From positions 1 to 64,000 of the forward strand of contig JAQGDQ010000031.1 of assembly GCA_030141605.1 (NCBI GenBank): a stretch of 64,000 nt of DNA, given 5' to 3'. The notes beneath the pieces are model-generated. The model was not told the origin of the DNA and made no database searches. It saw only the letters and a program-made list of their open reading frames with translations. Each line of letters begins with the position of its first letter. The stretch's first letter is position 1. The stretch is from Tubiluchus corallicola. Its lineage: Eukaryota > Animalia > Priapulida. The position numbers and the translations under genes are program-made. Positions 22,053 to 37,738 of the stretch are shown in pieces.

Positions 22053-25000
22053 CTCCAGGACATATACCTTACATGTTATTCGTTGTTTGTGTGTTGCGCG
22101 TAATGTTGTATTGTTGTAAATGTAAGTCGCTAAATAGCCGTTAGTGTTCATGTTTCTTTTCAATAAGCGATGGTAAATAAATATCGTCTTTCTCGTTGTC
22201 TTTGACATTTTTGTTTCATTATCATTGTAGCAGGTTCATCAGAAAGCGGGAAATTTTTGGTCCGTTAACTATTCAATGCCACATCTTCTGTATAAAATCT
22301 TCTGCATTATATTTCTCACTTGACAAATGAGCAACACGCAAAATAATTCAATATTGAATTAGTTGATAAATGACCGATGTGTCACGTTATGATAGATGTC
22401 AAACGCGGGATTGCTGGCGCCCACAGAAAGTAACAAATGTAACGTGAAAAACTGAGGCATGTTTTTGTTGTAATTGGTTAACAAAATAATCTTTGAAATC
22501 AATCAGCATCTTTAGTTACAGAAATACCAACAAAAGAAAAGCAACAGGCACAGATTCCTGTCCAGGTCAACAGTTCTGTTTACAATCAATCATTGTTGTT
22601 AAGAGCTTGTAAGTTTCAACAATGGTGAAAGTGCAAGCGATTAAGTCCGGCTGACTGACCAAGGGTCCTCAAACGAAAGTGGTCAAACCTAATGAGAAAG
22701 TTGTTAAATTAAGGATGAATTATCGAAAAGAGTTGACCTGAATTAGATCACGCTGACTTTCACTTGTCCAGTTAAAGTGATCATCTTTTGTTGGCAGCTG
22801 ACTCACTAAAAGAAAACTGAGTATGATTAATGTTTGGCCACATTTGACCTGTGAGAACACGCTGATTGTACAGAAACGTTGCAAGAAAACGGATGCCAAA
22901 AGTGGTAACTGCTTAACGAAAAAAGCGAAAGGTATAGCAGCTCATTGTTATACAGGTCAATCGCGTCAATAGCATGTTTCTTGTAACTTGTTTACAATTA
23001 GAAAAAAATCTAGGTCGGTTAAACAAACGACTAAACCTTCTCATGAACAATATGTTAAGATCAAGACAAAGCTTCTTCTGTTGTTACAAATTTGTGTTTT
23101 TTGGGGTGGTGGTATTTCTTGGGTATTCCTCGACTCTCAAAATCGCGTCCCTTGGTCCAATCTTATGATAACAATCAAAATTAATGTATTTCCAGAGTCT
23201 ATATGCTGAAATCGGTCGAGCCCAGACTGCTTGTACCTAAAAAAACTGCATGCTTTTGCTTCTTGATAAAATGAAACACATCTTTGTGTGTGGCTTAAGC
23301 ATTGAATACAGTTACGTACAGAAAATAATTGTGTCTGCAAAGGTGAAAGTTTACGCCCCACAACGTAATTTTTGTTACTTTGAGATCAACAAACTTTGCA
23401 GTTGGGTTCTAAATTTTATCAGAATGTGCGATCTAGAACGAAGTTAAATATTATACGTATGCTCTGGCGGTTTCAGACATTTTATTATTATACACAATCA
23501 CACTGTCACAGCACGTCTATACTCTATGTAAAATTCCACATTTAACAGTTGTAAGTTATTGCTAACTTTGCTTCATATCAAGTAGATTTAATAAACGTTG
23601 AAATAGTACAACATAAAAGGTATAGTGGGCACGTAGTATGGCAGAGATTTTCAAGTAGACGCTGGTGTGTTGCTTTAGATTTTGTAAAAAAAATTTTCTT
23701 AAAACCACTGCAGCTACTTTAAATCACGTAAAACAAAGTACCTGTGCAACAAAACATGACAGTGAAAAAACAAGTTACTACTTGTATTTGTCGTCATCGT
23801 TGTCGTCGTCAATGCTGCTGCTGATTGCGCAGCCCATCGACTCACTAGCCCTTAGTTCACACGATCTGTCGACCCATTGCTGCTCCCTCACACAATTCCT
23901 GGTTATCCGCTCAGACATTCAAATAGTCACTTAGCCTATTTTTTATGTTACTGATTCCACGATCACGGGTTTTCTTCCAAAATACTGGTCTTAAACATCG
24001 GGCTTTGAAGGAAACATGGAATTGCTTGCGTGGCACAAATTCTCCTTTTAAGCTGAAAAGGCTAACCCTCTACCCCCAATGATTTAATCCTATATCTGTT
24101 ACCGACTAAGTATTAAACAATACATAACACCTATTAGGCTAATCACCAAATTAAGAAGTCATGGGACTTGGAATAGTAAAGTACCAAATTTCGAAGATCA
24201 GATTGTTATAAAATGCCAATTGGTTTGAGGAATCAAAGAATTCAAATTAACAGCTATTAAGCAAATGACCTCCAATTATATCGAAAGCAATTTCCTCCAC
24301 ATTTTCGTGGTTTTCTTAACTGTTGATAAAAAGAGACATTAACAGACATAAAAATTACTTATGATATAAAAATGGAGATTCGTAATTTGTGCGGTTTCAA
24401 TTGATTCTACTGGAAAAATTGATTGGTGATGGCGAAATCGAATTCTTAAAATGAAAATAACTGCCAGCATTCACAAGAGCAAAAACACGGATACTTATTT
24501 CAACACAATCATCTGCAACGTTTCAACCCCGTAACATGGTCATGATCACGCCAATTTTACCTAATAAAAGCGTGATGTTGTGGTTGAGCATTTCAGATAA
24601 TTGTGTTGAAATAAATAGCCATTTCTTTGCTTTAAGTGGGTTATAATGTAGACGTTGTGCGTCTTTTCCAAATATTATTTTGGCACTTCGGTTGCACAAA
24701 TAAATACAATTCAAACATATTATCATTATAAAGTACAAAACTACATCAGTCAGTTTTTCGAAAATTTTATTATTATACTTTTATAACATTTCAAAACAAA
24801 ATTGCGCGATTAAACACAAGTGGAAATATTTTACGCTAACATCTTTTCCGCCCTGCCTTCAGGGTTAAATTTTGTGGGACAAGGTGTAATTAATTGTTGA
24901 TTAATTGACGTTTATATGAGTGGTAGACCTACACGACATATTAGATTTGATAACAGCAGACAAAAGTTATTAAACAATCATTAATGATTCAATTGCAAGG

Positions 25001-25129
25001 TTGACATAATCGAGGTAAAGAGTGTCAATGCAATACGAGAGGCTAAGCCCCAGAAACGAAATGAAGGTTACAGATCAGACTAGTAAAAAGACGTTCTTGT
25101 CATAGAGGTTTCAAATTCTTAATAGTAAC

Positions 25130-25495
25130 GAACGAAAGTTTGTTAAATATCCCACAAAAGACAGAAATTTTTTTATCATCTTTATTACATCGTTTCTGCA
25201 GCACAATAGCAGTCATCTTTACGCATGAAGAAATGTTTAAACCATATAAGGAAAATTCAAAAACATAATGATAAAACTGTGAATAACTACAGAAAATGTA
25301 TAGTAATATCTTTTTGTTTTTCTATGACTATTGTTTCTATAGTTACTCGCAGTTCGGTCATACTGTTTTTGGCTTGTTCTTAAACAATTTGAATTTTTTT
25401 GAACACTTGATGATAATTACTAGTGTGCAGTAGAGTTGTTTAGTAAAAAAAACGATAAAAAATTGCCGGTAATTGTGGTGTATTTAACAGATTCT
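25130..25495. mobile_element. Degenerate ~370-bp palindrome (old foldback element or MITE)
   Basis: Nested inverted matches centred near 25315, e.g. tgttaaatatcccacaa vs ttgtggtgtatttaaca, and aactgtgaataactacagaaa vs tttctatagttactcgcagtt. Confidence 0.55.
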
Positions 25496-26566
25496 TGTCA
25501 TTTTGTGTTTAGGAGAGAGCGCATGCTAGTAACTGTATATACAATATTTATTCGTCAAGTAAATGTTAATAGCTTAACTTGTAGATAGATATATAGATAG
25601 ATATTTTGTTATGGTATACGGCCAACAAGATTGCAGACACAAATACGCAATTATATCATTATTATATTACATGTGCGAATAAATGTTGCCAACGAACATT
25701 GAAGTGTTATATACTGTGAATGGATAAGAGATTTCAATACATCATCATCCGTTTAATTACAAACTCGGGAGTACATTGTTTTACAGTACTTACGCAAATT
25801 ATTTTGGCGGAATATAATATTCTAGGGATGTAACTTGTATAGTGATGTCTGGATTTTTAGGATATGTCGTTGATCAGTCAATTTAAGGGGATGAAAATAT
25901 AAAAGGAAACAATAAAATAGCAATGATTAGAAAATTTTTCTCGTAAAGTTTTTTGCGGAGGAACCACCGAGTTTGATTCGAGTAACATAACTTCTCTCTC
26001 TTGATTCGTTCAAACTTCTAATTAAGAGAAAAACACGAAAGAGAGTTGCCTAGAGAAATAACCCAAAGAAAACTACAATGGCATATGTACGACGAGCAGT
26101 TATGCATGAAAGGGAAAGATAGACAGGCGGACAGGCAGACAAACAGACAGACAGGTTCACATGTGAATCCGGAACCAGCATAGGCAGACGCTGAATACTT
26201 TCGTGCTTTCTATACCCAGTTATTAAAAAGTTCAGACAAACGGATTCTTCGTTTAGTAGGTTAATGAGTTTATGAACGATAGTGGTCATCTTGCTACTCC
26301 GCCCAAAGAGTGACCACGTTCACTTTTATTACAAGTGAAAGCTGACCTGATCCGTACCATCACGGATCTTGTTAAAAGTCGGACATACAATGCGTCAACG
26401 GTTCATGATTGGCTGATTATTGAGCAACTAATTAACTAATTAATTACTACTTAGATTCCTTCGTGCCGAGAATGATTGGTAACAACAAGCAATCGAGATC
26501 TGGCTTTTGATTCAGCAGTTCATTTCAAACGTACTAAAGTTAAGCGCACAATAAAAGAAATACGAA

Positions 26567-26571
<5 letters not shown>

Positions 26572-26651
<80 letters not shown>

Positions 26652-26660
26652 AGGAGAGAC
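26572..26660. repeat. (GA)n microsatellite
   Basis: Read directly. Confidence 0.98.
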
Positions 26661-27827
26661 AAATTAAAATGTAAACTCATAAAAACAGCAATAAATCGAT
26701 ATATTTGAGAATAATTAAAAACTAATATTAATTTTTTAAGTGTCGCACGAGACAGACTGTCAATATTGTAGTCAGGAGGTTCGAGGTTGCTGCAAAAAAC
26801 ACCGTCTTGCTAACATTCTTACCTTTTCTATCGTTAAAACACCACTGCTGGATATGGCTTGACAGTACCATTTTAAAGCAAGTATATTTTCCGACCAACA
26901 AAAATTTCTTTGTAGGTTACATTGCCAAAATTCTAGGCGAAAATAATTTTATGATTTCATTGAATGTTACATGCACGTCGGAATGTAATATTAGCAAATA
27001 ATTATGCAAGATTTCAAGCAACTTTCTGCACGATGAAAGAGATAATTGCCCCGTTTCCGTGTGACAGTTCTGGTGAATTTGTAATTACTAAACTAAAGAC
27101 AGTCATTATCACGTCTATGCTCTGCCCTGTATGTGCATGTTCGACACAGAAACTTTCACTGGACTGTTTTGTGTAATTATGCACAGTACCGTTATTATAC
27201 TCAAGCTGCATTTTATTGTAGTAGTAGGAACAAAGACAAGCTGTTTCTCTGAATAAAAGGAGCACTGGTTTAATGTGTCGTTAATAGAAGCTATGCAGAT
27301 AATGAGATTAAAATAATCTGATCGCTGGATCTTCTTGTAGCGTGCCCATTTCGTTTTGTATTGTCACAGGTGAAAAGCAGGTGGCTTAAAACTGCAAAAT
27401 TGATGGTAATGATGCTGTTGTCGAGTTTTCTCTGACCAAAATTGAGTATAATACACAGAGGTGCAAAAATTGGAAAATCGTCTAACCCAACAAGTTAAAC
27501 AAAACATTTTTTTCATATATTAATAGGGATTTTAATAAGCTGGCTAATATCACCTTAGCTAGAATTTTAGTTTTAAATGTTTAACTAACCCTGTTTAATG
27601 TTTAACCCCCTTAACTTTTATATACGTTCCAATGTTATATACTCAACTGGTACGTATAAACAGGATTTTCAATGTTTATGTTGTAATTTCTTAGCGTCTT
27701 TTATAGTATGTAATTCAGAAATAAAACTATATTAAAGTCGAGTGAAGAAAAGATAAATAATTATCAATAATCATGAACTAGACAGTCCTGTGCAAGGCAG
27801 AGGAAAAGAGAGAAATATATATAGTAT

Positions 27828-27910
<83 letters not shown>
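27828..27910. repeat. (GA)n microsatellite
   Basis: Read directly. Confidence 0.98.
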
Positions 27911-27912
<2 letters not shown>

Positions 27913-28341
27913 ATCTACAACAGGAAGAGACATCGGAACAAGTGGAAGCAAGGAAAAAAAGGAAAAGCAGGTTGAAGATACAATTGTTCTGCTTTTAATC
28001 CATTAATTTTTTCCTTTTACTTTAACTCTCAGATTCGTAAGCAAATAACCGTTACAATAAATTTCTTTACTTGCTTGAATGTGTTCGTTAAATTATTTGA
28101 ATGACGCATTGTTTGATTTTCTTGCTCTGAAATACTTAACGATTTAAAGGTCCTGATTTAATTATACGGACCATAATTTTCCGTTAGTTGGAAATTAGAT
28201 TAAATAATTATCACATACTGACGCGGTGTACGCGGCGGGAGAGAATGTCCACGTTTCGCATAGACCACCACGCGGTTGCCGCCCGTAAGTCATAGGTGAG
28301 TGAATCAGAGCAAATGTAGGTTTCTCGGCTGACCCCTCTCA

Positions 28342-28405
28342 TATATAACCTATAATGCAAGCATTCAAGATGGATTGTTATTTTCAAAGTAGAACAGTTA
28401 GTCGG
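28342..28405 (+). promoter_or_regulatory. Candidate core promoter of the chitin deacetylase-like gene
   Basis: TATATAA at 28342 and Inr-like TTAGTC near 28398, upstream of ATG 28485; the spacing is not canonical. Confidence 0.25.
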
Positions 28406-28484
28406 CATCGTGTTAAGCACACATTTTGTAATTACTGTGTTTGGCATTGTGTGGTAGCAAGCCCTCTTGTGGATAACAGCGACA

Positions 28485-28533
28485 ATGAGGGACGCGGCGG
28501 TGGTGTTGATGTTAATGATGCTCACCTGGTCAG
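28485..28533 (+). CDS. Chitin deacetylase-like gene exon 1, signal peptide (MRDAAVVLMLMMLTWS)
   Basis: ATG, hydrophobic stretch and donor cag|gtaaaa; phase 1 matches exon 2. Confidence 0.75.
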
Positions 28534-30704
28534 GTAAAATTTTAATAATTGTTGTTTTTTGCAATTGAAAATGAAAATAATGTCTGTGTTAAGGTTATCC
28601 GCGCCCTGCCCCACGGTCACCATGCTTATAAGGAAAATGCAAGAGGATCCACAATGAAGCTTCAACTGCCAAGTCTAACATGTTCATTGATCAAAAGTTT
28701 TATTCCAAAGGGCTCTACATTTTGCATGGACAGATTTTCAAAAATAATACATTGTAAGTCTTACCAAATTCAAATTTTTGCACGTTTGAACTTTGTTCTA
28801 TATAAAACCGAATGTCTTTATTAGTAAAGTTAAAAAACTAAAGACAGTAAACAAGTAACCGTTATTTTAGCTGGCAATTATATAAATACATACAAAGCTG
28901 TGATTGTGAAGATAATTTACTCGTGATCATCTTAAATAATTTTTAATGCTTTTTGGCAAACATTATTTTTAATTGTAAATTATTACCGTGCGACGTGCTG
29001 TTTATACTTAGTTTCCATATCATAAATATTCTCTCAATGCTATAAAAATTGTTTGTTTTTTTTTCATGAGAATAAACCATTAGCAAATTTTTTGTTAACA
29101 AGGTTATAGTCTGAAAAGTTTCTAATTTATTCATCAATCATTGCATAATCTGTATTGATTAAACAAGCTGCAGTTTCAGAACTTTTTAAGAAATCAAACT
29201 AAACATGAAATATTGATTAGATTAGATTTAGATTTGATTATTTTATTTCATAATAAAAGCCATATAAAGACATAAAAAGTATTTAATATAAATGCTACAT
29301 TAAAACATTACTATATACAATACATGGAGTAAGTAAACATTCGTATAATCCGAAGATTATTCTTTTCTGTTGTTTCTCATCTTAACAAACAAGATTGAGT
29401 GTAATAATAGTAAACGATAATAATTTTATTGCCTAAAATATATAATAATGCTGTTTGGCGTATAAACATTTAAAATGCACAAAAATCTACGAGCAATACT
29501 ATAAATGCTTTATGTTCGATGTACAGAACTCAAATAGAGTTGACAATATTTTGTACATGTTGGTTGTCCGCAAGTTTCAGTAATCCATTTCTGATATTAT
29601 AACAGGATTTGGCATTGTGTGGAATCTTATTGTGGCCTATCTTATAGGCCTATTATTTAGGCTTTCATCAAAATGAACAGGTCTACATGTTTTTGTTTTA
29701 CGTCAAATAGGAAATTATCACCATTTCAGTGTCTTGAGGCATGTTTGATTAGTGAGAATCAAAATTTTAGTGAAATAACTGAAGCAATTAGACAAATGTA
29801 GCTCAGTCTAGAAACGCTAAAAATTTAAATGTTACAAATCATTGTATTATTAATATTTGCTTCTTGCATAACTGCGAGCGTTTAACATTTTAATATCCAA
29901 AGTAACCGGTCTAGGTTAACCAATTCGTGACCCAGACCTTAGCAACGTGCTTGGCACATTCTCAAATAAACAGAGATTAAGAACAGCAACTGTTATTAGA
30001 CACTTGATTCCTCTTCAAGAAATGCTCAAAAATCTTCAACAAGTAAAAGATCTCGACCTCGAAGTTCTGCCTTTAACGTTGACCAGAAATTGTTGAAGTT
30101 GCCATTGGAAAATCCGCGGCACAATAGATTGTTTATGTTAGACTGGTAGATCTCTGTCAGCATGAGTTTTGTCCAAATCGTCTATGCTTTGAACGCTCAC
30201 GTTCACTGCTAAGACTAGTTCAGTGGGGCTTGTACATATTTATGCTCACTACTCAAACAATTGTAACGTTTAAAGTAATCTGACAGCGAGAGATTAAACC
30301 TAAATTACGTGATCTTGCATTGTTATTATTTGGTAATTTGGTAAGAGTATGGTCAAGAAACAGCGGGCAGCCTGCACTTGAATGGTAGGGGACATGAAAA
30401 TTTTAATCTTATCTGTACGCATGGTCCCTTAGAATTTGCCCGCTTGCATCTCGCCTTACTGTGAAAGTTTAGTTATTCTTCATTTTAATAAATTAATTTG
30501 CCGCAAGGCCCATTCGAAGTCAAAATATTGCTTGGGAATTATAAAAATGATAAAATTTTAAAATTATGTTACTAATTAAATATTTCTTACAAAAGAAGCC
30601 GCGTGCATACTTTCGAAATTAAATGTGCAAATTTGATTAGTAACTTATAGCTATAAATGAAAATAATAAACATTCCGTGTTTTAATAACAAAACTTTTTT
30701 ACAG

Positions 30705-30983
30705 TTGATGGTGCTCCAGAAAGGGTGAAGAGGGCATTCATGGGAGTTCCCGTTAGTGCCCAAGACGCTTGTGATCCTAATATAGGCAATGCCACATTTG
30801 CTACTGATCCCACAGACTGCGCCACGTACTACCTGTGCGACCACGGCTGGCCAATTATCAGATTTTGTCCGGCTGGTACGTACTGGACACCAAATGGGCC
30901 ACACGCGGGACGCTGTGAACTTCCAGAAAATGCCCAGAACGAAGACTGTGGATTTGTGTACACGGGCGTAGATGAGGATCAAG
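30705..30983 (+). CDS. Chitin deacetylase-like exon 2, furin site RVKR and peritrophin-A/CBM14 chitin-binding domain
   Basis: Six Cys in CDPN...DPTDCATYYLC...FCPAGTYW...RC...DC; acceptor ttttacag|, donor aag|gtaaag. Confidence 0.9.
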
Positions 30984-32336
30984 GTAAAGAAAACTCATTC
31001 TCTTTTCCACATTTTCAGGTTTTTCATATCCGTAACTACGTACAGAGTGAGCCGAGAGTACGCTGAGCAGCTCTAATCTATACTAAGCAACTGTAATCCA
31101 TCCAATAAGGTTCCTATGCTTAGTTTCCTATTCAAACTGAGATTCCCTAGGGATAAATCGATTGTGGAAAACTTGAATTAGTTTTTGTTACATTAGTTGT
31201 CCGAAAAGATCCTGGTTCGAACCGCGGTGAGGCAAAACAAATTTTTTTGGTCTTTTTTCAGTTTCATTTACGAATACTCATGATTACACCGCCTTGTCTT
31301 CTACTCACAACGTATATAAATTTTTATACAAAGTACTGAACAACGGCGTGTAGGCAGGTCGATTTACTCGCAAAATATTATGTTAGCACTTCTGTATTCA
31401 TCCAGATAGCCATCGCTCAAGCGCCTTCGTTCCTTTTCTAAAATTTTATATTACAATAAGTTTTCACCATCACTTTCTCCCACCCGAGTTCTAAATTATT
31501 GGGCTTTAAACATCGTGTGTTTTGACCTCAGACTGATTTTGGCTTAAAACAAATATGGAAACCCTATTAAAATCATATTGGTCAATCGGGATTTGAATTG
31601 TGCGCGTTTGTGCCCATTTTTTGTAATGCAACAGTCAAAAAAGGAATTTACAAATACTGATTATTGGCCTATATTGGGCCCAGGCTCTCTATATGTACGT
31701 GTACATACGCTGAAAGCCTAAGGAGGATGTGTATTAACGATTTCACTATTTTCCAAAGGTTTTGACAACTATTTATACAAAAGGTGGAATTTATTTCTTA
31801 GTTTTGCTATCGGATAATGTTATACAATGGAATATTTATTCATACAGCTCTACGTAGGCCCAAAGGCCTAGTCAGTGCTATGAGCTGGTATGCAGTAACT
31901 CTTTGACCACACGCTGTAGAAAAGGTGAAAGAGTTCAGTGGTGACAATAAAACGGAACACGCACTATAGCAAAGGTGAACAGATTTCTGACAAAGATTAA
32001 ACAGACTTAGGTGGATTAAGATTACACACGCGACCGGATTTGAGACAAGTAACCACGCACGCGTGGTCGCATGCAGAGAACTTGGTCAATGCTTTGTTTA
32101 CTCGTGTAGGCCTAACCTAGATTTGAAACAAACGTGTAAATATCAATAACAATCTGCTTAAAAATGTAAAATGCACCTATCGTGAAATATGTGATAATGA
32201 TAATGACAATGATGATACGCATGAGGAGGGGAGGAGGAAGAGAAGAGGATCATGAAGTGATGATGATTGGGATGATGACGATAATGACTATGACGATGGC
32301 TGTGACATAATATTAACAACCTGAAAAATGGTAATT

Positions 32337-32595
32337 TGACTGACTGGCAGACTAACTAACTGACTGACTGACTGACTGACTGACTGACTGACTGACTGAC
32401 TGACTGACTGACTGACTGACTGACTGACTGACTGACTGACTGACTGACTGACTGACTGACTGACTGATTGACTGACTGACTGATTGACTGACTGACTGAC
32501 TGATTCAGTGATTGACTAACTCTGACTGATTAACTATCTGATCGGCTGATCACTGACCGAATGAATGCGTGAATGAATGAATGACTGAGTGACTC
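32337..32595. repeat. (GACT)n microsatellite decaying into (GAAT)n
   Basis: Read directly. Confidence 0.97.
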
Positions 32596-34327
32596 ACTAT
32601 CAGACTTGAATTGTGATTCTTTTAGTTTCATTACTTCATAATTATGAATCAACTCAGACGTTTTTAAGACTATCTTGAAGTTAATCGCACTTTTGAAATT
32701 AGAACTATTTTTAATTTGGTGATATCATTTTGTTAAACTCTAAAAGCAAAATACTTTTAGATCATAAGTAAGAGAAACACAATGCTGGTTGGATGAAACA
32801 ACTGATGTTACTATCCATGTTGTTGAACGCCAACGAAACTGTATAAAACCAGGAGAAAAATTTAAATTTGCATTTATTGGACAACAATAGGCAGAGAATA
32901 CTGAGCAAACGCCAATGGTTCATGGGGACATGCATTCAAACAAAGGAAAACGAGACAAATCCGCCACCTAACAGACCGTATTTTTTCTCCCTCTGTGATA
33001 ACATTTAATTTGCGGTGACCCTTATCATTTCGTAAACATTGCGGATCTAAGGCAAGAATAGCCAGCCAGTCAATGGGCTAGAAAACGGTTTTGTGTTCGT
33101 ATTACGGCCATATAAAACTACACAACTTTATAATGATTATACAGGTATTAATATAACATGCTTGTATGACTGGGTCAAGAGGTGCAAATGTAAGAGTGTG
33201 GTGTTCTCTGGACCTTGATGTTACGCTTCCCTGATGCCATTCATACGATTTTTTACAAATTTGCATCATTTTACAGTCCGCGGCGGATGAAATTACGAAG
33301 AGAAATTAAACTGAAATGAACTTAGATTAAAAGTTTTCAATTTGGTGTCATCCGTGGCTTGAATAATTAGGGTGCAATTTATTGAATAGCGAAAGTTATG
33401 GTTTTAATGGGTAAATTAGGTCACACTCCGAAACTCATTGCATTTTAACAGATTATGGTACGTACCATAACGAAATAGGTACCAGTCTCTTTGATAATAA
33501 TATAGTTTCTGGTAAGCTCTGTGACGATTGAAAAAATATCCGATGAAATTTACGCGGATACGGACATATACGGCGTTGGTTTTTGTCATTTTAGTCAAAA
33601 AAGAGACTATAATCGATTTTTAAAAATTTTTGTGTGAAATAAAGTTAATGTGAAATCTGCTGGTTAGGACTTGTAGTCCTACAAATACCGTGACTTACAT
33701 TATTTAACACAGACGGCAATTTTTTTGAACGAAAACAAATCGGTTTTTAAGGATTGGTGTTGACCTATTGGCATGAGCTTATCAATCAACCTTTTTGTCA
33801 AAAAAACGAACACGTGTTGTTAAACAAATTATGTGTTAAAATGGACTAATGTCGCAAGCTGACTAATGTCGTGCAGTGAGCTTCAGGCTTTTTTACTAAA
33901 AATAACGATATTTTTTATTTTAATTAATTTCACACACTTTAATTTATGCTTCGCATTTTAAATTTATTTGCTCGGTTGTGTGTTTGTTTGTTCGTTCGTT
34001 TGCTTGCACGTTTCTTTGCTTATTTTTTGTTTACTTGCTTAATCTAATTTGATATCATCTGACTTGATTTGATATAATGCGACTGGATTCGCATTTTTCC
34101 AAATCAAATTTAATTCAATCCAGGCAAGATTATCTATTCTTAATTCAATTCAGTAGCTGCACTAACGTGCGTAGAATATTAACTAAGAGTCGAAAAAGGA
34201 GAAAAGAAGATTCTTTTAAAATAAATGATTTTAGTGAATTCTTCCTCAGAATTAGTAAACCACGAAAAAAATGAGGAACGGAAATCTTGACATTATATAA
34301 GCGAACAAACCAGCAAGCAAGTTTATG

Positions 34328-34718
34328 CCCAGGCAGCACGAAAAATCTTGCCACAATATCGTGACAATATGGAAATGTGGACTTGTATCAATATTTTTGG
34401 TAATATTTTTTCCAATTTGTGACGATGTTTCGGCAATATTAGTACAACATGATCACAGCATGGAAAAAATATTGTCAAAAAATAATAGTACTAATATTGT
34501 CACAACATTATCACAATTTGGAAAAAATGTTGTCAAAAACATTGGTACAATGTAGTGACAATATCAGTACGAATATTGCCACAACATTGTCACAATATGG
34601 AATAAGTGTTGTAAAAATATTTAGTACAATGTTGTGGTAAGTCCACGTTTTCATATTGTCCCAATACTTGCAAAAAATATTGTAACAACATTGTGGCAAT
34701 TTTGTTATGCTGCCTGGG
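34328..34718. mobile_element. Non-autonomous TIR element (CCCAG termini, 2-bp TSD; CACTA/EnSpm-like by inference)
   Basis: TIRs CCCAGGCAGCA / TGCTGCCTGGG, TG on both flanks, many internal ACAATATTG-like repeats in both orientations. Confidence 0.85.
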
Positions 34719-36081
34719 TGATTATGTGTACGTATAATCAGGGTGAATACCATAACAAAGCGGTACAACCTTACAGATAATGGCTGCAAGGCTTTGTCGG
34801 AAAAGATTTCTAGTTCACTATATTAATGATTTTTTCATATACTCTTTTAGTGTCGCGTGAAATAATTACAACAATCCGGGCAGAGGTGAAAGCGCGAATG
34901 AATTACGTAATTGATTAGTTTATGTGTTTCTGTGAAAGGAGGTCAGTTGTCGCCTGACCGCTTTCGTTGGTTTGTAATCATGTTTAGAACACCCGCGCTC
35001 AGGGTAATCTAAATTACCGACGTATCCACCCTGTTTTAGAATTTACCACTTCGAGAAAGATTGCGGGCGCAGACGAAAAGGTGGCTATTAGGAGCAGAAT
35101 AATTACCCGGAATTGGGTTACGAGTATTGGAATGTCTGACCATTGTGCAGACTCTGGACAACAAAGACCTTTGTCACAGTTAGTTTTACTTTCCTTTTTA
35201 TGGAGATTATATCCATATATGTCCAATACGTGGTCGCAGGAATAGAAATTAAATTCGACTAAAAAGTCGTTGTTAGACCAGTGCTTTGTCTATTGCATGC
35301 GCGTACACGGTTATGAATTAATAAAAAAAACTACGTGGAAAAAACGGAGTATTGACATGCTTTATTTCGTGTGTTTTTGCTGATTTTCTACAATCATAAC
35401 TATAGCGTCATAAATTCACTAGCTGTTTGATAGCGCCCAGCATCAGTAATAAACCGAGCAACGAACAGACATTTTTTGTAAATAATCACTCTACAATTCC
35501 GAATCGATCACATCTCATAAGGTAATAGTTTCTGTATCCCAGGAACTAAGAATGAACTACTGTATTTCTTCTGAAGAAGCGTCATTTGATGCAGTAACAA
35601 AACGTTTGAGCAATTACAAAACTCAGCTATCCGCTCGCGATTGCCAGTCAATCGCTCATCATTGAAAAGTCGAAAAAAATGTACCAACCACAATAACCAA
35701 CGCGGTATGATGACTAATGAGTAATGGAATAGTAACGGTGGCACGTGCTTCGTGCTCATTTTTCGTAAAGTTATTGGTTTCCACAAGAAAATCGCGCGAA
35801 TCATTTACTGTTGTCATAGATCTGTTTTTCTTTTGTAAATGTAAAATACTCGTTGTTGGACAGCTCTATTTATGAGTCAGAAAAAAGAAATCACTACGAT
35901 ATGACAACGTATAGGTAAACCCATTTAGTCTACACATTTGATTGTTTATTAGTTAAGTGAAAAATCGGGCTCCGTTACAGCCTGCGCAATGGTCGGCAGT
36001 ATGTCAACGCAAAATTTCAGACATTCTATGGTAAAGATGGAAACGTTACATGTGATAGCTTTTAAAGATAAATGTGGTAAC

Positions 36082-36083
36082 GA

Positions 36084-36127
<44 letters not shown>
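36082..36127. repeat. (AAC)n microsatellite
   Basis: Read directly. Confidence 0.95.
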
Positions 36128-36128
<1 letters not shown>

Positions 36129-37413
36129 GGCCAAGCATTATAACGATTCCGCCGTTCACCAGGTCCAAAAACTATTGCCTCCTGTGAAGAAAGATCTGTA
36201 CAGCGTTAACATCTAACGAAACAACAAGCAGTAAAAGCCAGTAAAACACAGGAAGAATTACTGTGGCACCAAAATACATTATTATAATTTTTACTAATGA
36301 ATTATTTATTTTACGTTGTTGATTTGACCTTTGTTTTGTAAAGTAAGTCTAGGTCGCGGTATCTTATCACCCTAGGTCGATGACACTGTTATGTAAACTG
36401 ATAAACTTATCTATAAGATTTAATATCATTATGATTTATTTTTCATTAATTCATCTATTGCAGGTCTCTGAGTAAAATATAATGAAAATTGTTGAAGTAA
36501 TGCCCTCGAGGGTTGTATCAGCAACAGAATTACACAATTTGGAACAGCTTACGAATTTTAAATACTTTGCTAAAAGCGTTGAAACGAGCTGCTCTTTGAA
36601 ACATTTAGGAAATTTCGAAAAACACAAAGTTTTAAAAAATCATTTCCACCTGACTGAAGTTTTAAGTGTACTCCAACATACCTTTTACATATCCATTTTC
36701 GCATTAAACTTTTCACACTTTTATAAATACTTAAGTCTATCATTGCTAGTAATGAATAATCTACAATCAATTATATCGCTTAATCACTTATTAATTATAT
36801 TAATTTCCGTTACCATCATAATGCCCAATACGTCTGTTACTGAAATCGGATGAGCAGAACTCCAAAATAAAAGAAATCATTAGAAATCAGTAAAAGAACA
36901 TTTTTTTCGTTAAACTAGTCTGGAATGCGAAGCATTGGGTTGCTCGCTTGCCACACGCACGCACATATGCTTTGCTTGCACATATTTGTAAAATGTACAA
37001 ACTTTAGTAACATGTTTCTGGTGATGCCTTTCCATCGGTTGCTTTAAGTCACTCAACAATTTTTCTGCAATGGTACTCTATTGTGGCGTCACAATATTAC
37101 AAAACCACCCCACACCACCCACATCACGATCCGACACCACCCACACTGCGCCTCAAAACAGCATCAACAAGGAAGATATTAAATTGCACAGATCTGAAAC
37201 TGCACGCGTGAAATAACAAACGCATCCATTAATGATCAACAATGCGCGAACATTTTAGACAATCTTTGCTTTTTACTCCTGAAATGATGGTAATCACAAT
37301 TTCTTTACCATGAGTAAACGGCGAAGTTTTGCATTACTTGAACGAGAACGAAGAGTTATTCGCAAACAGTAACGGAAAAAGTGGTGCAGCAGAGTTTGGA
37401 AAACGGATTTTCT

Positions 37414-37636
<223 letters not shown>

Positions 37637-37738
37637 CAATTAATACTTTATTGCTCTGTAATTCGTTCATTTTTATAAGAATCATCCTGTATTCGTGCAA
37701 GTGTTTGTGGTGTGTTAAAATTTCGTTTTATCTTTCAG

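Noticed and set aside
26476-27975. Poly-ER ORFs (also 63214-63596) and poly-I/L/Y/N ORFs (35949-37700, 48014-48402)
   Set aside because: Translations of microsatellites.
31205-31250. B-box GGTTCGAACC followed by a T-run as a Pol III gene
   Set aside because: No A-box or 5' half at the right spacing; only a fragment.
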